Shown in pieces: positions 59,371 to 64,000 of a stretch of DNA of 64,000 nt (the first letter of the stretch is position 1; every line of letters starts with the position of its first letter). The stretch comes from Eledone cirrhosa (taxonomy: Eukaryota), in the NCBI GenBank assembly GCA_964016885.1, contig OZ024760.1, positions 17,050,001-17,114,000 on the forward strand, written 5' to 3'. The notes beneath the pieces were generated by a model. That model had not been told where the DNA came from. It did no database searches and saw only the letters and a list, made by a program, of their open reading frames with translations. A program made the translations under genes and the position numbers.

Positions 59371-59824
59371 TAAAAAACCTCGCAAAACTATATATATATA
59401 TATATACAGTATAAAAGAGAAAACACAGGTAAGCATTAAGAGAAGGATTTTATCCAGGTATTTACGACCGTTTCATTGGTAAGTGCAACCTTATATTGCT
59501 ATACTGCAAATAGCAGCCACTCAATTATAATTGTTGTTCAGTCCAAATTTTCAAAATGGTGAGTAAGTTACTCTTGAAATAATTTTTAATATATAGAGAA
59601 AAACATTTATTTGGAATTGTATTTACTAGTATAGAGAGAGAGGAATCAGAAGGTGAGGGGACAAACAGAACAGTATAGAGAGAGAGTAAATACAATTCCA
59701 AATAAATGTTTTTCTCTATATATTAAGAATTATTTCAAGAATAACTTACTCAGTAAATAATCAGGAACTGATTATACAGAGCGGTTGCCGGTCAAGTAGA
59801 AATTGAAAATTAGAATTCTAATTT

Positions 59825-59855
<31 letters not shown>

Positions 59856-60005
59856 AATTAGTACAAAATGAAAGCCAAGGTTGTTAGGCTGTTATTCAAA
59901 TTCCATCTTTCATTTCAACAATTGTTTCTATGGAGATAAATGTAGTGCCAGTATATAGAATCATCATCGTTTAATGTCATTTTTCACATTTGCATGGGTT
60001 AGATG

Positions 60006-60053
<48 letters not shown>

Positions 60054-61131
60054 GAGAGGGGCTAGGTTGATGGGACCATACCCTACCAAACTATGTAAAC
60101 ATAGTTACAGCAATATCCAGTATCCAGGAATAACTTCAGTATAAAAATTAAAAAAACTGTGTGATTATATATCTAAGATTTCTATAGACAAAATTATTAG
60201 TCTGATAAATGGTATCCACTGAATCTATGTATAAATTTGTGTGACTTCCATCCGTCTATCCATCACACTGTGTGCGTGAGTTTGTGTTTGTGTGAGCATA
60301 TGTGTATGTAAAAGGAAGGAAGGGGATGGTGAAAAAACTATAGCAAAACAGCAACTGGTGTTCCATTTGTTATGCCGTCTGGGAGTGTATGTGTATATGT
60401 ATGTTTGTGTGAATGTATGTGTGAGTTTGTGTTTATGTTAGTGTATGTGTATATGTATGTTTGTGTGAATGTATGTGTGAGTTTGTGTTTATGTGAGTGT
60501 ATGTGTATATGTATGTTTATGTGAATGTATGTGTATATGTATGTTTGTGTGAATGTATGTGTGAGTTTGTGTTTATGTGAATGTATGTGTATATGTATGT
60601 TTGTGTGAATGAATGTGTGAGTTTGTGTTTATGTGAATGTATGTGTATATGTATGTTTGTGTGAATATGTGTGAGTTTGTGTTTATGTGAATGTATGTGT
60701 ATATGTATGTTTGTGTGAGTTTGTTTATGTGAATGTGTGTGTGTGTGTGTCTGTGTGAATGTATGTGTGTGAATGTGTGTGTGTTTGTTGAATGTATGTG
60801 TGCGTGATTTATGTGAATGTATGTGAGTGTTTCTTTCTATAGGTCTTTCTATGTTTGCACTTTTATATCTATATACTCATACATATAAATGTATGCATAT
60901 ACACGCATACACACACACACACACACACATATATATACACACATATATATATACACACACATATATACACAGCTTGTCGAAAAATATCTTAGACAAAATT
61001 ATTAATCTGATAAACACTATCCCCTGTATGGAAAAGTGTTCTGTTGTTTTTGAGGGGTCTGTTATTATTCGGTCAACCAATAACTCGTTAGTTTCCATGA
61101 AAGAACACAAATTCATTGGCCATACAGCTCA

Positions 61132-62710
61132 CAATAGCCATAAACGGCAATTTGAACACGAAAGACCCTATTTTATTTGGCCAAGGTATCTCTCAATAGC
61201 CATAAACGGCAATTTGAACACAAAAGACCCTATTTTATTTGGCCGCGGTATACAACTCTCAAGAGCCATAAACGGCAATTTGAACACAAAAGACCCTATT
61301 TTATTTGGTCAAGGTATCTCTCAATAGCCATAAACGGCAATTTGAACACAAAAGACCCTATTTTATTTGGCCAAGGTATCTCTCAATAGCCATAAACGGC
61401 AATTTGAACACAAAAGACCCTATTTTATTTGGCCGCGGTATACAACTTTCAAGAGCCATAAACGGCAATTTGAACACAAAAGACCCTATTTTATTTGGTC
61501 AAGGTATCTCTCAATAGCCATAAACGGCAATTTGAACACAAAAGACCCTATTTTATTTGGCCTAGGTATCTCTCAATAGCCATAAACGGCAATTTGAACA
61601 CAAAAGACCCTATTTTATTTGGCCGCGGTATACAACTCTCAAGAGCCATAAACGGCAATTTGAACACAAAAGACCCTATTTTATTTGGCCAAGGTATCTC
61701 TCAATAGCCATAAACGGCAATTTGAACACAAAAGACCCTATTTTATTTGGCCAAGGTATCTCTCAATAGCCATAAACGGCAATTTGAACACAAAAGACCC
61801 TATTTTATTTGGCCGCGGTATACAACTCTCAAGAGCCATAAACGGCAATTTGAACACAAAAGACCCTATTTTATTTGGTCAAGGTATCTCTCAATAGCCA
61901 TAAACGGCAATTTGAACACAAAAGACCCTATTTTATTTGGCCTAGGTATCTCTCAATAGCCATAAACGGCAATTTGAACACAAAAGACCCTATTTTATTT
62001 GGCCGCGGTATACAACTCTCAAGAGCCATAAACGGCAATTTGAACACAAAAGACCCTATTTTATTTGGCCAAGGTATCTCTCAATAGCCATAAACGGCAA
62101 TTTGAACACAAAAGACCCTATTTTATTTGGCCAAGGTATCTCTCAATAGCCATAAACGGCAATTTGAACACAAAAGACCCTATTTTATTTGGCCGCGGTA
62201 TACAACTCTCAAGAGCCATAAACGGCAATTTGAACACAAAAGACCCTATTTTATTTGGTCAAGGTATCTCTCAATAGCCATAAACGGCAATTTGAACACA
62301 AAAGACCCTATTTTATTTGGCCTAGGTATCTCTCAATAGCCATAAACGGCAATTTGAACACAAAAGACCCTATTTTATTTGGCCGCGGTATACAACTCTC
62401 AAGAGCCATAAACGGCAATTTGAACACAAAAGACCCTATTTTATTTGGTCAAGGTATCTCTCAATAGCCATAAACGGCAATTTGAACACAAAAGACCCTA
62501 TTTTATTTGGTCAAGGTATCTCTCAATAGCCATAAACGGCAATTTGAACACAAAAGACCCTATTTTATTTGGCCGCGGTATACAACTCTCAAGAGCCATA
62601 AACGGCAATTTGAACACGAAAGACCCTATTTTATTTGGCCGCGGTATCTCTCAATAAAAGATCCTATTCTATTTAGCCGCAGTATACAGCTCTCAATAGC
62701 CATAAACAGC
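61132..62710. repeat. 62/66-bp minisatellite with higher-order structure
   Basis: Unit CAATAGCCATAAACGGCAATTTGAACACAAAAGACCCTATTTTATTTGGCCAAGGTATCTCT; 62+62+66 = 190-bp period. Confidence 0.97.
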
Positions 62711-63322
62711 AATTCTGTAACAAATTCCTCGGAAGATAAATGGAGCACCATTACATCTTTGTAAAATACTGTACAGACATGATGGCGCCTTCTTTTCCAG
62801 AGACAATTGAATTGGCGACAAATCATGCGATATTGTTTCAAATTTTTGTTCATCTCAAGAGAAGTGGTTATTACTAATGAAAAGAAATGCTGGAGAAACT
62901 TTCATTCTTTCGTTCATGTTCGTTTGTGTTCGTTTGTTTGTTCGTTTGTTGCTTCTATTAATGAAACCTAATTCTTGTTCTTGTTGTTTTTTTTTTGTTA
63001 TTTCATTTCTTTTTTTCTTTCTTTTCTCTCATCACCCCAACCCCCCTTTCTTTTTCTTTCTCTCTCTTTTTCTTTCTCTCCCTCTCTCTCCCCACCTCTC
63101 TCTTTCTCCTTCTGTTTCTCTCCCTCCCTCTCTCTCCCTCACTACCTCCCCCTCTCCTATTTATCTAGGTTATCTATAATACAACTATATTTCACTGTCC
63201 ATCTTAAAATATGTAGAATTATCATTTTTTTTTTTTTCTTAAGATACAAGTCTGGATATTCATGAGTATATATATATATATACAGCTATATATACATATA
63301 GATATATTTATATATATGAATG

Positions 63323-63420
<98 letters not shown>

Positions 63421-63799
63421 CATACATATATAGTGAAGGCATGTGGTGGCTCAGAGAATTGGATTCACAATCATGAAGTTCCGAGTTCAATACCCAGACC
63501 CGGCAATGTGTTATGTCCTTGAGCAAGACACTTTATTTCATATTGGTCTTTATGCCAATGGTTGCAGCTGGTAGATAGTATCAGCAATGGAAACATTGTT
63601 TCCTTGGTCCAATTTGATGAGTTCAAGCCCACTTGGTAAGCAAATGAGATCTGGGGATCTTATCAATTGCTCCACTCCCATATATATAGATACAGAAAAC
63701 CTGCCTTCCCTTGCATACAAACCTACAGTCAGTAGGGACCTCTTAACTCAATATACACCCCACCCCATCCTCCCATTTCCTTTCACTGTTTCGGTGACA

Positions 63800-64000
63800 C
63801 CACAAAAAGCACCCAGTCCACACTGTAAGGTGGTCATGTAGGAGACATGGTATAAATGTTCCCAGTCCACACTGTAAGGTGGTCATGTAGGAAACACGGT
63901 ATAAATGTTCCCAGTCCACACTGTAAGGTGGTCATGTAAAAGACATGGTATAAATGTTCCCAGTCCACACTGTAAGGTGGTCATGTAGGAGACATGGTAT
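63800..64000. repeat. 49-bp minisatellite (runs off window)
   Basis: Unit CCCAGTCCACACTGTAAGGTGGTCATGTAGGAGACATGGTATAAATGTT. Confidence 0.9.

Noticed and set aside
61132-62710. CRISPR-like or repeat-protein appearance of the 62/66-bp array
   Set aside because: No unique spacers, no cas genes, eukaryotic context; ORFs are periodic artefacts.

Overview
Very AT-rich, microsatellite-saturated animal genomic DNA; the SINE/LINE repertoire suggests a coleoid cephalopod, probably Octopus (inference). Almost all ORFs in the supplied track are artefacts of (TA)n/(CA)n/(ACC)n repeats. The only well-supported host gene is a + strand ANKDD1A/B-like ankyrin-repeat gene, seen as three phase-0 exons (28952-29050, 40077-40175, 51090-51194) separated by ~11 kb introns. 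The middle exon is missed by the ORF track. The rest is tRNA-derived SINEs, RTE/CR1/Tx1-like LINE 3' fragments, piggyBac/hAT-like MITEs and several minisatellites. The most notable signal is a set of type I hammerhead ribozyme motifs folded by eye. Four have full cores and lie on the gene's sense strand (22185, 26339, 34331, 43177), and there are many decayed or half copies. They sit in several unrelated small elements, often fold-back palindromes next to (TA)n tracts, and a decayed Penelope-like ORF remnant is present. Two hammerheads carry an unusual 60-nt branched helix II domain. No folding software or database search was run, so activity and novelty are untested.
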